From an uncultured Candidatus Binatia bacterium (lineage in GTDB: Bacteria; Desulfobacterota; Binatia; HRBIN30; CADEER01): DNA of 64,000 nt. Below, in pieces: positions 1-9,552 of the stretch. The position numbers and the translations under genes were made by a program. Each line of letters starts with the position of its first letter. The first letter of the stretch is position 1. Below the pieces are notes generated by a model. It had not been told where the DNA came from, did not search any database, and worked only from the letters and a program-made list of their open reading frames with translations. The DNA lies in NCBI GenBank assembly GCA_965216585.1, contig CBDCGC010000003.1:2337219-2401218 (forward strand). Direction: 5' to 3'.

Positions 1-1203
1 GGACTCGAGGCGATCGGCGGGGGCGAAGACATACAGACGCCACAGGGCTGCATAGCGCTCGGTCAATGCCTCAATTTCGTATGACCCGGCGACATCGACC
101 TCGTTCATCGGCACCACACCCCAGGGCGTATAGGCCCATGCCGCCGCTTCCTTCATCGCCGTCGACGCTGGGCAATAGATGATGACCTGGTGATCGTCTA
201 TGCCGGCGGCGGCAGCCAGCTCGCGTTCCGCAGCGGCCCTGTCGCGACTCGACGAGTGGTAGGTATTCACCAATTCGAGCCGCTCGTCGGCGGTGATCGA
301 TTCGCCGGACAGAACGTACGCGCGTTTCAACAGATCGCGCGTTTCAATCTGACGGGCGAGGACGCAGATGGGAGGCTGAGCCGATGCGCGCAGGTGCGCG
401 AGCAACGACCAGTCGCTGTGCTCGAGCAGCGAAGCCTCCTCCAGCTCGCCGGCGTCGCAGGCGAGCTCGACCGCCTTCGAGATCATCGCCCCGGCGACGA
501 CCTTGGTGTGGTGGTAGTAGACGCGTTCGGTGAGAAAATAGCGCAGCCGCAACAACTGAACGACCTCGGACCACGCATCGAGACGAGTCATGCCGTGCTT
601 GTTCATGTCGAGCACGAGACGGCCATCGACGACGGTGAAGTAGCGAAAGACGCGATCGTCGAACGTCTGGGCGAGTCCGGTGTACAAGGAGTCGCGGCGC
701 AGGTAGTCGAGAAGATCGGCATCGATCGTGCTCGACACGATCTCACCCGCCCACGACGGCGCGGCGCCGTCGCGCGGCGACAGCAGCGCCGACACCGAAC
801 GACGCAGGCCGAGCTCATCCAGGGTGTCGCCGAGCGCGCCGTCCATCAACCGCTCGTAGCGGCCACCCTTGTCGTGGCGCGGGAAGAGGCGGCGTTCGTC
901 TTCCAAGGTGTGGCCAAAAGGCACGTGAGGCACGTCGTGAATCAGCGCTGCAACCCCGATCGCAGCTTCGCTCTCGGCATCGACGGCGATTCCCGAGCGC
1001 CGCACCGAATCGACAATGCGGTGTGCTATCGCACAGGTGCCGAGCGAGTGCTCAAAGCGGGTGTGCAGGGCGCCGGGGTACACCAGGTAGGCAGTGCCCA
1101 ACTGCTTGATGCCGCGCAGCCGTTGCACGGCTGGGGAGTCGAGCACGCGCACCTCGGCAGGCGAAAGCTCGATGTCCCCGTGCAGGGTGTCGCGAACCAG
1201 CAC
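1..1203 (-). CDS. HD-domain metal-dependent phosphohydrolase (dGTPase/SAMHD1-like), partial: C-terminus lies beyond window start
   Basis: Minus-strand translation from GTG at 1203 reads VLVRDTLHGDIELSPAEVRVLDSPAVQRLRGIKQLGTAYLVYPGALHTRFEHSLGTCAIAH, which is the classic HD-domain signature (H...HD). The plus-strand ORF 190..1305 is its antisense. Confidence 0.75.
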   Translation of the reverse strand, partial: MLVRDTLHGDIELSPAEVRVLDSPAVQRLRGIKQLGTAYLVYPGALHTRFEHSLGTCAIAHRIVDSVRRSGIAVDAESEAAIGVAALIHDVPHVPFGHTLEDERRLFPRHDKGGRYERLMDGALGDTLDELGLRRSVSALLSPRDGAAPSWAGEIVSSTIDADLLDYLRRDSLYTGLAQTFDDRVFRYFTVVDGRLVLDMNKHGMTRLDAWSEVVQLLRLRYFLTERVYYHHTKVVAGAMISKAVELACDAGELEEASLLEHSDWSLLAHLRASAQPPICVLARQIETRDLLKRAYVLSGESITADERLELVNTYHSSSRDRAAAERELAAAAGIDDHQVIIYCPASTAMKEAAAWAYTPWGVVPMNEVDVAGSYEIEALTERYAALWRLYVFAPADRLES

Positions 1204-1210
1204 CGAGCGC

Positions 1211-1861
1211 CTACCCTTTCATGCCGACGGCGGCCGCCGCCGGGTGGAGGCTGCCATCCGCCGAAGGGCGAGCGCCTACGCGGGCAAACCAAGCCTGCAG
1301 GTTGACGAGGTCTTCGGGGATCGCCTGGCCGATGGCGCTGCCGAAGTCGGCAAAGGCGTAGAGCAACACGTCGGCCATGGTGAAGCGGTCGCCGCACAGA
1401 TAGTCGTTGCCCGCCATCAGACCGTCGAGCCACTTCATGTTCTCGCGAGCGACTCGCTTCAAGCCATCGGACGCCTCGGGCACGGTGGGAATCCGGTCTT
1501 GGAAGATTGCCAACCCCTCGCCATAGCGAAACCCATTGGCCATCGGCTCGATGATGTTGAGATCGACGCGACGTGCCCACATACGCGTCTCCGCCTTTTC
1601 GACGGTGTTGCTGCCAATCAGCGGCGGCTCGGGAACGGTATCTTCGATGTACTCGCAGATGGCGGTCACTTCCGAGAGAAACGTCCCGTCGTCGAGCTGT
1701 AGACAGGGGAGCTGACCGGCGGGGTTTCTCTTCTTGTATTCATCCTTGCGGTTCTCCGCACCCATCAGATCGACCTCGACGAGCTCGAGATCGACTCCTT
1801 TTTCGGCAGCGAACATACGGACCATGCGGGGGTTGGGTCCGAGACTGTTGTAGAGCTTCAT
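1211..1861 (-). CDS. glutathione S-transferase family protein
   Basis: 216-aa ORF with GST N-terminal thioredoxin-like and C-terminal helical domain features (MKLYNSLGPNPRMVRMFAAEKGVDLELVEVDL...). Sits directly upstream of the HD gene. Confidence 0.75.
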   Translation of the reverse strand: MKLYNSLGPNPRMVRMFAAEKGVDLELVEVDLMGAENRKDEYKKRNPAGQLPCLQLDDGTFLSEVTAICEYIEDTVPEPPLIGSNTVEKAETRMWARRVDLNIIEPMANGFRYGEGLAIFQDRIPTVPEASDGLKRVARENMKWLDGLMAGNDYLCGDRFTMADVLLYAFADFGSAIGQAIPEDLVNLQAWFARVGARPSADGSLHPAAAAVGMKG

Positions 1862-1897
1862 CGATTTCTCCTCTCAATCGCCACTCGAGAGCGGCGG

Positions 1898-3136
1898 CTA
1901 GGCCGGGCGAATGCTCACCGGCAGCTCCGTCAGCCGGCGCACGAACAGACTGGGTAGGTGGCGCGGGTCGGGTTCGGCCAGCTCGATCGCGCTGCTGCGC
2001 TCGAGCAGTCGCGTCAACGCGACACGCGCTTCCATGCGCGCCAGCTCAGCGCCGATGCACAGATGGACGCCGTGGCCGAAACCGAAGTGGCCGCGCGGAT
2101 TCGGCCGCTGTAGATCGATCTCATCCGGACGAGCAAACTCGCTTTCGTCGCGGTTGGCCGACGCCCAAAGCACCATCAGGCGCGTGCCAGCCGCGACCAG
2201 TTGACCATCGATCTCGGCATCGCGCACGGCCTGGCGGAAATGTCCGTAGAACGGCGACTCGAGGCGCACCGTCTCCTCGATGAACGCGGCCACCAGGCTG
2301 GGGTCGCTGCGCAGCTTCTCTTGCACGTCGCGATGTCGGGCCAGCAAGAGAATCGCACTGCCGATCAGTCCGCCGGTCGTTTCCTGCCCGGCCGTGATGA
2401 GCTGGACGAGAATGGCAACGGCTTCGTCTTCGGACAAAGCGCCACCGTCGCTCGAGACAGAGCGAGCCAGGGTGCCGAGGACGTTCTCCCGCGGCTCCTC
2501 GTAAACTTCGCGCAGACGCGTGCGCAAGTACTGGCCGAGCAAACCGGCCGAGCGCGCGTACTGCATGACCTGCTCACTGGTGTTGATGCCGTCGACCAGG
2601 CTGATGGCGTCGTCGGATAGGGATTGCAGCGTTTCGCGGTGGTCGAGCGGCAGGCCGAGCAGTCGGCAGATGATCGTCATCGGCAGCGGAACCGCATAGC
2701 GTGCCATGGCGTCGACGCTGCCACCTTCGTCGTCGAACAGGCGGTCGAGCAGATCGTCGACCAGCGACTCGACGTCTCCTTGCAGCGCCGCAACACGGCG
2801 CGGGGCAAAGGCCTGATTGACCAGTTTGCGCTGGCGCGTGTGATCGGGAGGATCGGCGATCGCCAATACGTTGGTACCGGCACCGTCGGGAAGCGGCAAC
2901 AAGCTCGGAGCCTCGCCCTGATCGCCGATCATCACGCCGATCATGCGCGAGGAGAAGCTGTCCGTGTCGAGGACGACGCGCCGGCAATCCTCAAAACGGC
3001 TCACCAGCCAGTAGGCGCGGTTGGGCAACTCGTAGAGCGGAGCCTCGCGGCGCAGCGTCGCGAAAAAGGGAAACGGATTTTCGATCGTCGCAGCGTCGAA
3101 CGGATCGATGTCGGCGAGGGCGGGCGCTTCGATCAT
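1898..3136 (-). CDS. cytochrome P450
   Basis: 412 aa; haem-binding loop FGFGHGVHLCIG; ETLR-type EXXR motif and AGQETT oxygen-binding helix. Confidence 0.9.
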   Translation of the reverse strand: MIEAPALADIDPFDAATIENPFPFFATLRREAPLYELPNRAYWLVSRFEDCRRVVLDTDSFSSRMIGVMIGDQGEAPSLLPLPDGAGTNVLAIADPPDHTRQRKLVNQAFAPRRVAALQGDVESLVDDLLDRLFDDEGGSVDAMARYAVPLPMTIICRLLGLPLDHRETLQSLSDDAISLVDGINTSEQVMQYARSAGLLGQYLRTRLREVYEEPRENVLGTLARSVSSDGGALSEDEAVAILVQLITAGQETTGGLIGSAILLLARHRDVQEKLRSDPSLVAAFIEETVRLESPFYGHFRQAVRDAEIDGQLVAAGTRLMVLWASANRDESEFARPDEIDLQRPNPRGHFGFGHGVHLCIGAELARMEARVALTRLLERSSAIELAEPDPRHLPSLFVRRLTELPVSIRPA

Positions 3137-4359
3137 CAGGCGTCGTCGAAGCGAATCGCCAATGATCCGGGCACGCGAAACAGCGACGGTCCCCAGTCGA
3201 CGGTGTCGTTTTCGAGCTCGAAGTTGCGAAAACGCGTCATCAAACCACCGATCGCCAACTCGCCTTCGAGATGAGCCAGGTGAGCACCGAGACAGAAGTG
3301 AGCACCGCCGCCGAAGGCGACATGCTCGTTGTCGGGACGGCGAATGTCAAAGACGTCAGGGTTCGCAAAGCGAGCCGGGTCGCGATTGGCCGCCGACAGC
3401 ATCCCCCATACGACGCTGTTCTTTGCAATCTTCGTCTCACCAAATACGAAGTCGTCGTGGAGAACCCGTGGCGTCAGCGGAATCGGCGAGTCATAGCGCA
3501 GGCACTCATCGACGGCGCCGCCGATGAGACTCGGCTGCTCGCGCAACAACTCGATCTGCTCGGGATGCCGGACCAGAGCTCGGGTTCCGTTGGCGATCAA
3601 ACCAATCGTCGTTTCGAAGCCGGCGATCAACAACCCGATGGACTGCGAGATGAGCTCCTCGGGCGACAGACTGTCTTCGGCATCTTCGGCGCGGATCAAG
3701 TTGGAAAGAATGTCATCGCCCAGATTGGCCCGCCGCTTTTCGATCAGGTCGACGAAATAGGCCGCTAGCGACTCACCGGCAAGGAAGGCTCGTTCGATCA
3801 CCTCGGGCGGAGCGATGCCCGCCGCCAGGCCGTGCGTCGCCTCCGCCGTCCACTGGGTAAAGCGCTCGCGATCACTCAGCGGCACACCCATCATCTCGCA
3901 GATCAAGGTCGACGGCACCGGCAGCGCCAGGTCGGCAACGACGTCCATGCCGCCTTTGCCGGCAACGCTGGCGAGACAAGTGTCGACCACTTCGGCAATC
4001 TTGGGCCGCAGCCGCTCGACCGCGCGCGGTGTGAAGCCGCGGCTCACCAGCTTGCGCAATCGCGTATGGTTGGGGGGGTCCTGCTGCAGCATGAATCGCC
4101 CGGGCCGACCGTCCTGATCCGCCACGAAGGGCAGGGCGCCATCAGTCGTCCGCACGCCCGCCGGCGCCTCGCGCAGCAGACGCACGACGTCGTCGTAGCG
4201 CGTCAGCCGCCACACACCGATGGGCGTGAGATTGACTGGATCGAGCTCGCGCAGCCGGCGCAAAGCCGGATAGGGATTGTCGCGAAAGCTCTGATCGAGC
4301 GGGTTGCAACCCTTCCAGGGATCGTCTTGCAGGATATCCGCTTTTGCTGTCATCGTCAC
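3136..4359 (-). CDS. cytochrome P450
   Basis: 407 aa; haem loop FGGGAHFCLGAHLA; AGFETT I-helix motif. Tandem with the preceding P450, with a 1-nt stop/start overlap. Confidence 0.9.
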   Translation of the reverse strand: MTMTAKADILQDDPWKGCNPLDQSFRDNPYPALRRLRELDPVNLTPIGVWRLTRYDDVVRLLREAPAGVRTTDGALPFVADQDGRPGRFMLQQDPPNHTRLRKLVSRGFTPRAVERLRPKIAEVVDTCLASVAGKGGMDVVADLALPVPSTLICEMMGVPLSDRERFTQWTAEATHGLAAGIAPPEVIERAFLAGESLAAYFVDLIEKRRANLGDDILSNLIRAEDAEDSLSPEELISQSIGLLIAGFETTIGLIANGTRALVRHPEQIELLREQPSLIGGAVDECLRYDSPIPLTPRVLHDDFVFGETKIAKNSVVWGMLSAANRDPARFANPDVFDIRRPDNEHVAFGGGAHFCLGAHLAHLEGELAIGGLMTRFRNFELENDTVDWGPSLFRVPGSLAIRFDDA

Positions 4360-4444
4360 CCTCGGCAGCTTCGACCAAACAACTGTAACGCGGCTTCGTC
4401 AAGCGACGCCCGCTGGGGCGCCGGCGGGTGCGAAAGGGAGTGAA

Positions 4445-5356
4445 ATGAAGATTGGATTGGCAATGGGTGGCGGCGACAACGAAACTCTGGAGGGATTGGT
4501 CGAGCGAATCGTCCAGGCAGAGAAGGCCGGTTTCCCCTCGGTCTGGCTGGCCAACATCTTCAGCCTCGACGCGCTGACCGTGCTGGCGCTGGCCGGCGGT
4601 CGCACCGAGCGCGTCGAGCTCGGCACCGCCGTCGTACCCACCTACCCGCGCCACCCGCACGCCCTGGCCCAGCAGGCCGCGACCGTCAACGTCGCCTGCG
4701 GCGGCCGCCTCGCCCTCGGCTTGGGGCGTTCACACCAAGCCGTGATCGAGCACATGTTCGGCATCCCCTACGACAAGCCGATCTCCCACATGCGCGAATA
4801 CCTCACCATCGTCCGCGACCTGACTCGCGACGGCACCTGCTCGGTCGACGGCAAGGCGTACAAGGTCAACGCAACCTTGAACGTCAAGGGGTCGTCTCCG
4901 TTTCCGGTGTTGGTCGGCGCTCTCATGCCAAAGATGCTCGAGCTCTGCGGCGAGCTCTGCGAGGGCACACTGACCTGGATGTCGGGCCCCAAGCACGTCG
5001 CCAACAACATCGTCCCAACCCTCGAAGCGGCGGCCAGGAAGGTCGGCCGGGAAACGCCGCGCGTCATCTGCTCCCTGCCGATCTGCGTTACCTCCAAAGT
5101 CGAGGAGGCGAGAGCCTTCGCGGCCAAGGCGTTCGAGATCTACGGCGTGCTACCGGTGTACCGCGCATGCCTGGATGAAGAGGGGGTGGCGGGTCCTGCC
5201 GACATCGCCCTGATTGGCGACGAGACGACCGTCCGCGCCGGTCTCGATCGCCTCGCCGACGCCGGTGCCACCGATTTCTACGGCGCGATGTTCCCGGCCC
5301 CCGATGACGCCGCGTCGATCGGGCGAACGACCGACTTTCTCTCAACCTTGACCTGA
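4445..5356 (+). CDS. LLM-class (luciferase-like monooxygenase fold) flavin/F420-dependent oxidoreductase
   Basis: ATG at 4445 preceded by a GGGAG Shine-Dalgarno. The protein MKIGLAMGGGDNETLEGLVERIVQAEKAGFPSVWLANIF... is typical of the TIM-barrel LLM family, F420-dependent subgroup-like. Confidence 0.75.
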   Translation: MKIGLAMGGGDNETLEGLVERIVQAEKAGFPSVWLANIFSLDALTVLALAGGRTERVELGTAVVPTYPRHPHALAQQAATVNVACGGRLALGLGRSHQAVIEHMFGIPYDKPISHMREYLTIVRDLTRDGTCSVDGKAYKVNATLNVKGSSPFPVLVGALMPKMLELCGELCEGTLTWMSGPKHVANNIVPTLEAAARKVGRETPRVICSLPICVTSKVEEARAFAAKAFEIYGVLPVYRACLDEEGVAGPADIALIGDETTVRAGLDRLADAGATDFYGAMFPAPDDAASIGRTTDFLSTLT

Positions 5357-5374
5357 ACGCAGGGCACCGCGAAC

Positions 5375-5875
5375 ATGCCGTCGACCTTGCACCTGATCTC
5401 CGGCTTGCCGGCAGCGGGGAAGTCGACCTACGCGCGGCAACTACGGTCACAGCGAGGCGCCGTCTTGCTCGTGCTCGACCACTGGTTGATCACCGCCTAC
5501 GGAAAGTATCCCGTCGGCATCGACGGACACGACGAGCACCTGCGCCGCGTCCACGCCTGCCGCGATCTCATTTGGGAAGTCGCAGCGGAGTTTCTCCACC
5601 GCGGTTTCGACGTCATCCTCGACGACGGGTTCTTCTTGCGCGACGATCGGATGCACCACATCGAACGTGCGAGTGCGATCGGAGTCCCGACATCGATCCA
5701 CTACATCAATGTCGACGACGACGAGCTGCGCGCGCGAGTCGAGGCTCGCAACCGCCAGCCCGGCGATAAGCACTTCGAAATCACAGCCAAAGCACTGGAC
5801 GTGTACATCGCCTTTTTCCAACCCCCGAGCACAGACGAGGGGGCGGAGCTCGTCGTCGTCACCGATCGCGATTGA
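5375..5875 (+). CDS. P-loop NTPase / predicted kinase (AAA_33 / zeta-toxin-like fold)
   Basis: Walker A motif GLPAAGKST near the N-terminus; 166 aa; 18-nt spacing after the LLM gene. Confidence 0.55.
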   Translation: MPSTLHLISGLPAAGKSTYARQLRSQRGAVLLVLDHWLITAYGKYPVGIDGHDEHLRRVHACRDLIWEVAAEFLHRGFDVILDDGFFLRDDRMHHIERASAIGVPTSIHYINVDDDELRARVEARNRQPGDKHFEITAKALDVYIAFFQPPSTDEGAELVVVTDRD

Positions 5876-5898
5876 GGGCCGAAGCGCCGGCGCCGGTC

Positions 5899-7023
5899 TC
5901 AGGTTTCGTCCGGGTGCTTGGCACCGTCGAAGACTTTGACCTTGCCCCGGCTATCGGCGCCAGCGTAGGAGCCACCCTGGTAGTCCGAAAACACGTGCAA
6001 GGGGGTCGTCGACTTGGGGTTGAACTTTCCCGGGAAGGTGTTGCTGCCGACGCGCTTACCGTCAACCCACAAGGTCGTCACCCCTTCGTCCCACGTTGCC
6101 AGGACCTTGTGAGGCTCTCCCTGCTGCCAATCACCGATCTTGAAGCTGATATCCGCTTCGTGGCCACCGTCGTCGCGGACGATGAAACGAAGGAACTCGC
6201 CGTTCTTGACCAGTTGCATGGCGTTGCTCCACTCGTGTGGCTCACGCATTTGCAACAGCGAGTTGTTGGTCGGATCCGATCCGTTCCAATTGGGAATGAT
6301 GTCGAGTGCGACCGAACCCGACTCGATGTTGGCGTTGCCGAGGTTGGGAAAGGTGAGCTCGGCCTCTTCGCCAACCTCCAACCACTCGCCGTCATCGCTG
6401 TTTTCCACACCGTCGATGACGTTGGCCTTGCGATCGGCATCGTCCTGAGTCGTGACTTCGAGCAACACATCGTCGGTCGGATCGTCGTCGAGCTCGGTGC
6501 CATCATAAAATGGGTCGATGGTCGCTTCCTTGTTGCTCAGTAGCTCGACGCGGTCGCTGTTCGAGCGGCTTGGCGCGCCGGCGCTGCCCGTACGCTTCTT
6601 GCTGCTGATCCCGGGCGCCGTCGAAACCGAGCCACCGGAGGTGCGCCCCCTGCCGCTGCGGCTACCGCCGCCGATGACGCGGCCGCGCCGTGAGCCACGG
6701 CTTCCCGCCGTCACCGTATCGGCCCGTCCACCCTGCTTGCCGGCACCGCGCGCGGTGCCGAAACGAGAGCCGCGACCACCTTCGGCGCGCGCCGAGCGGC
6801 GCATCGAACGATTGCCGGCGCGACTGCTTTGCCGCCCGCCCGACCACTCTTCGCCGTCGAAGGAACCACCGCTGGCGCGGTCGCGCATCGCCATCTCGGT
6901 CCCATCCAAATCGTAGCCGGAGACAGAATCGAACTCACCGGTGTCGTCAGCCGAGAATCGCAGGGCGAAAAACCCAATCGCAATGGCGAGTATTCCGATC
7001 AGAAGAACGTGTGGCTTATCCAT
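5899..7023 (-). CDS. secreted/membrane-anchored protein with Arg/Gly-rich low-complexity region and C-terminal concanavalin/LamG-like jelly-roll domain
   Basis: N-terminal hydrophobic segment (LLIGILAIAIGFFAL), a long RG-rich stretch, and a C-terminal WVDGKRVGSNTFPGKF-type LamG-like region. Divergent from luxE. Confidence 0.5.
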   Translation of the reverse strand: MDKPHVLLIGILAIAIGFFALRFSADDTGEFDSVSGYDLDGTEMAMRDRASGGSFDGEEWSGGRQSSRAGNRSMRRSARAEGGRGSRFGTARGAGKQGGRADTVTAGSRGSRRGRVIGGGSRSGRGRTSGGSVSTAPGISSKKRTGSAGAPSRSNSDRVELLSNKEATIDPFYDGTELDDDPTDDVLLEVTTQDDADRKANVIDGVENSDDGEWLEVGEEAELTFPNLGNANIESGSVALDIIPNWNGSDPTNNSLLQMREPHEWSNAMQLVKNGEFLRFIVRDDGGHEADISFKIGDWQQGEPHKVLATWDEGVTTLWVDGKRVGSNTFPGKFNPKSTTPLHVFSDYQGGSYAGADSRGKVKVFDGAKHPDET

Positions 7024-7194
7024 GGATTGATGATGCCTCCAACCAAAATATGCTGTCCCCAGCGACGAGCCAAGTCAAGCGCGGATCTGCTCCACCGTCA
7101 TGGTCAACACGATATCAAGGGTTTGGACGCTCCTCCGGGCCCCGCGAGGGCACGGCCGTTTGGACGATCGCAGATCGCAGATTATTCTTCCCGG

Positions 7195-8283
7195 ATGCCG
7201 GGAATCTACGATCAGGTGCTCGCGTACATCGACCAGCCGGATGCGAGCGATTTCGACGACCTGGCACTGGCCGTCTTCGCTCACCAATACGCCGCCAATC
7301 GCCCCTACCGAGCGTTCTGTGAGAGCCGCGGCGCCGCGCCGAGCTCGCTGTCGAGTTGGCGCCAGATCCCAGCCGTGCCGATCCAGGCCTTCAAAGAGGT
7401 CGACCTCTGCTGCGGCGAAGCCGAACGCGTGTTCCTCTCGACCGGAACGACGGCGGGCGCAGACAAGCGATCGCGGCACTGCATGCCCGATTTGCGCCTC
7501 TATCGCCGCTCGGCAGTCGCCGGCCTGCGTCGTTTCCTGTTCCCCGACGTCGAGCGGATGAAGATGGTTTCCCTGATTCCACCCGTCACGGCGTGGCCCG
7601 ATTCATCTCTCGCCCAGATGGTGGCATGGGCGGGCGAAGACTTTTCCAGCGACGGCATCACCTACGCAACCGACGGAGAGGCGCCGCGTGTCGAAATGGT
7701 CGTCGATTGTCTGCGCGACAGCGAGCGCAGCGCCGAACCGCTGGCGATCTTCGCGACGACCGCAGCGCTCATTCAATTCCTCGACTACGCGCGCCAGGAG
7801 GGGCTCACCTTCCGCTTGCCGCACGACAGCCGCTTGATGGACACCGGCGGCGGCAAGGGAGCACCGCGACCGATGTCGCGCAAAGGCATTCTTCACGCAG
7901 TGTGGAATGCCTTCGCCATTCCGGGCTACTTCGCCGTCAACGAATACGGCATGGCCGAGATGTCGAGCCAATACTACGACTCGGTGATCTGCGATCGGTA
8001 CCGCGGCATCTTCGCGGCGCGCCGCCTGTTGGCACCCGAGTGGCTGCGCACCTGCGTGCTCGATCCAGTCGACCTCGAGCCGGTCGCCGACGGCGAAGCG
8101 GGACTGCTGTGTCACTACGATCTCGCCAATGCCGGCTCGGTGATGGCAATCCTCTCCGAGGATATGGGGAGAATCACCGGCGGCGGCTTGCAACACCTGG
8201 GACGTGCCCCGCAGGCGGAGGCTCGCGGTTGCTCACTGGCGGCCGGCGAGTGGAAGAGTGCGGCGCCAGCAGCGAGCGCCTGA
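7195..8283 (+). CDS. luxE: acyl-protein synthetase, LuxE family
   Basis: Clear similarity to LuxE: IPAVPIQAFKEV..FLSTGTTAG (compare IPVFPTSVFKF..FTSSGTNG) and MDTGGGKG (compare ITGGGWK). The ORF track starts at 6829 but overlaps the divergent gene, so ATG 7195 is chosen; start uncertain (ATG 7030/7033 also possible). Confidence 0.75.
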   Translation: MPGIYDQVLAYIDQPDASDFDDLALAVFAHQYAANRPYRAFCESRGAAPSSLSSWRQIPAVPIQAFKEVDLCCGEAERVFLSTGTTAGADKRSRHCMPDLRLYRRSAVAGLRRFLFPDVERMKMVSLIPPVTAWPDSSLAQMVAWAGEDFSSDGITYATDGEAPRVEMVVDCLRDSERSAEPLAIFATTAALIQFLDYARQEGLTFRLPHDSRLMDTGGGKGAPRPMSRKGILHAVWNAFAIPGYFAVNEYGMAEMSSQYYDSVICDRYRGIFAARRLLAPEWLRTCVLDPVDLEPVADGEAGLLCHYDLANAGSVMAILSEDMGRITGGGLQHLGRAPQAEARGCSLAAGEWKSAAPAASA

Positions 8284-8305
8284 TCAAACAGCCGTCAGCG
8301 CCATC

Positions 8306-9499
8306 ATGTCGGCGCTGCGCGCGGCGAATGCGCAGGCGGCAGCGTTGTCGCCACGCCAGCGGGCGGCAATCGTCGGCGAGTTGGCTGAGGCGTGGTTGCA
8401 GCCGGCATCACCGTGGTTGGCGCGCGCGGTAGACGCACTCACCGCCGCCGGGCCGTTCTCTCGGCCCATGCTCGAGCACGCTCTGCCGAGGATGATCGAA
8501 CCGCTGCGCGGCGATGCCATCGAACGCCTGGTGCGACGGGAGCTGGGCGACTGGCCCGAGCCAGCCGCAGCCAGTCTGGTAGTGCACATCCTGCCGAGCA
8601 ACCTGGCCGGGCACGCCGCGATTCCAGGCGCCCTGTCGCTCGTCGTCGGCGGCGCCTGCCTGCTCAAGTCCGGCCGTCGCGATCAGGACTTTGGCCGCCT
8701 GTGGGTCGAGTCGCTGCGCGCCACCAACGCCACGCTCGGAGCCTGCATCGAAAACCTGTACTGGCGCGGCGGCGATCGGCAGATTGAAGATTCAGTGTTC
8801 GGCGGTGCGGATGTGGTGATCGCGGCGGGCAGCGATCGCGCCATCGCCGACATCGGGGATCGCTGTCGAGGTCGATTCGCCGGCTACGGGCACCGCCTCA
8901 GCTTTGCCGTCGTCAGCGCCGGCGCCGACGTGCGCGCGGCGGCGAGCTGCTTGGCCGACGACATCGCGATCTGGGACCAACTGGGATGCTTGTCGCCACA
9001 GTCGTGCTTCGTCCAGGGCCCTCGCCAGCGCAGTGTCGAGCTGGCGGAACACCTCGCCGGCGAGCTGGCCGAGCGCGCACGGCGCTGGCCACCAGCCAGG
9101 CTGGAGGTCGGTGAGTTGCTGGCGATACGCCGCTTCCGCGACGCCGCGGCCTGGCGCGGCTTCGCGACAGGTGAGCCGTGTCTGTTTGCCGCCTCTGACG
9201 ATCTGGCCGCCGGCAACGTCGTCATCGACGAGGCCGGCAACTTCGCAGCGACGCCGCTCCACCGCTGCCTGCGCCTACTACCGTTTGCATCGCCAGACGA
9301 GGTGCGCGATGTCGTCGCAACGCAGCGCGGGCTTCTCGAAGGGGCGGCCGTCGCCGCACCGCCAGAGCAATGGGAGTCGTGGTGTGCGATCTTGCACGAG
9401 GCCGGTGTCCCGCAGGTGGTCGGCGCCGGAGAGCTCCAACGACCGACACTCGAGTGGCGGCAGAGCGGACGCGATCGGCTCGCCGGAGTCTATCTCTGA
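8306..9499 (+). CDS. luxC: acyl-CoA reductase, LuxC family (fatty aldehyde-forming)
   Basis: Similarity to LuxC: HILPSNLAGHAAIPGALSLVVGGACLLKSG, GADVVIAAGSDRAI, IWDQLGCLSPQSCFV (compare FYDQQACFSTQNIYY). Starts 23 nt after luxE. Confidence 0.75.
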   Translation: MSALRAANAQAAALSPRQRAAIVGELAEAWLQPASPWLARAVDALTAAGPFSRPMLEHALPRMIEPLRGDAIERLVRRELGDWPEPAAASLVVHILPSNLAGHAAIPGALSLVVGGACLLKSGRRDQDFGRLWVESLRATNATLGACIENLYWRGGDRQIEDSVFGGADVVIAAGSDRAIADIGDRCRGRFAGYGHRLSFAVVSAGADVRAAASCLADDIAIWDQLGCLSPQSCFVQGPRQRSVELAEHLAGELAERARRWPPARLEVGELLAIRRFRDAAAWRGFATGEPCLFAASDDLAAGNVVIDEAGNFAATPLHRCLRLLPFASPDEVRDVVATQRGLLEGAAVAAPPEQWESWCAILHEAGVPQVVGAGELQRPTLEWRQSGRDRLAGVYL

Positions 9500-9552
9500 C
9501 GACGGAAAGAAAAAGAGCGACGACCTTGAACAGCCACGGAATCGAGGAAGCA

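Noticed and set aside
190-1305. 371-aa plus-strand ORF covering the first 1.3 kb
   Set aside because: Composition is typical antisense (A/V/G/R/Q-rich, no motifs). The minus strand encodes a clean HD-domain protein (RFEHSLG...) and a GST, so the plus ORF is a high-GC shadow.
1573-3274. Multiple long Arg/Ala-rich ORFs (1573-2283, 2201-2620, 2624-3274, 2574-2987) overlapping the P450 genes
   Set aside because: Alternate-frame/antisense ORFs of GC-rich coding DNA. The P450 frames carry unambiguous haem-loop motifs.
6829-7194. N-terminal 122 codons of the luxE ORF as given in the track
   Set aside because: Overlaps the convergent/divergent 5899-7023 gene by about 200 nt and has no LuxE similarity. 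Internal ATG 7195 fits family length (362 aa).
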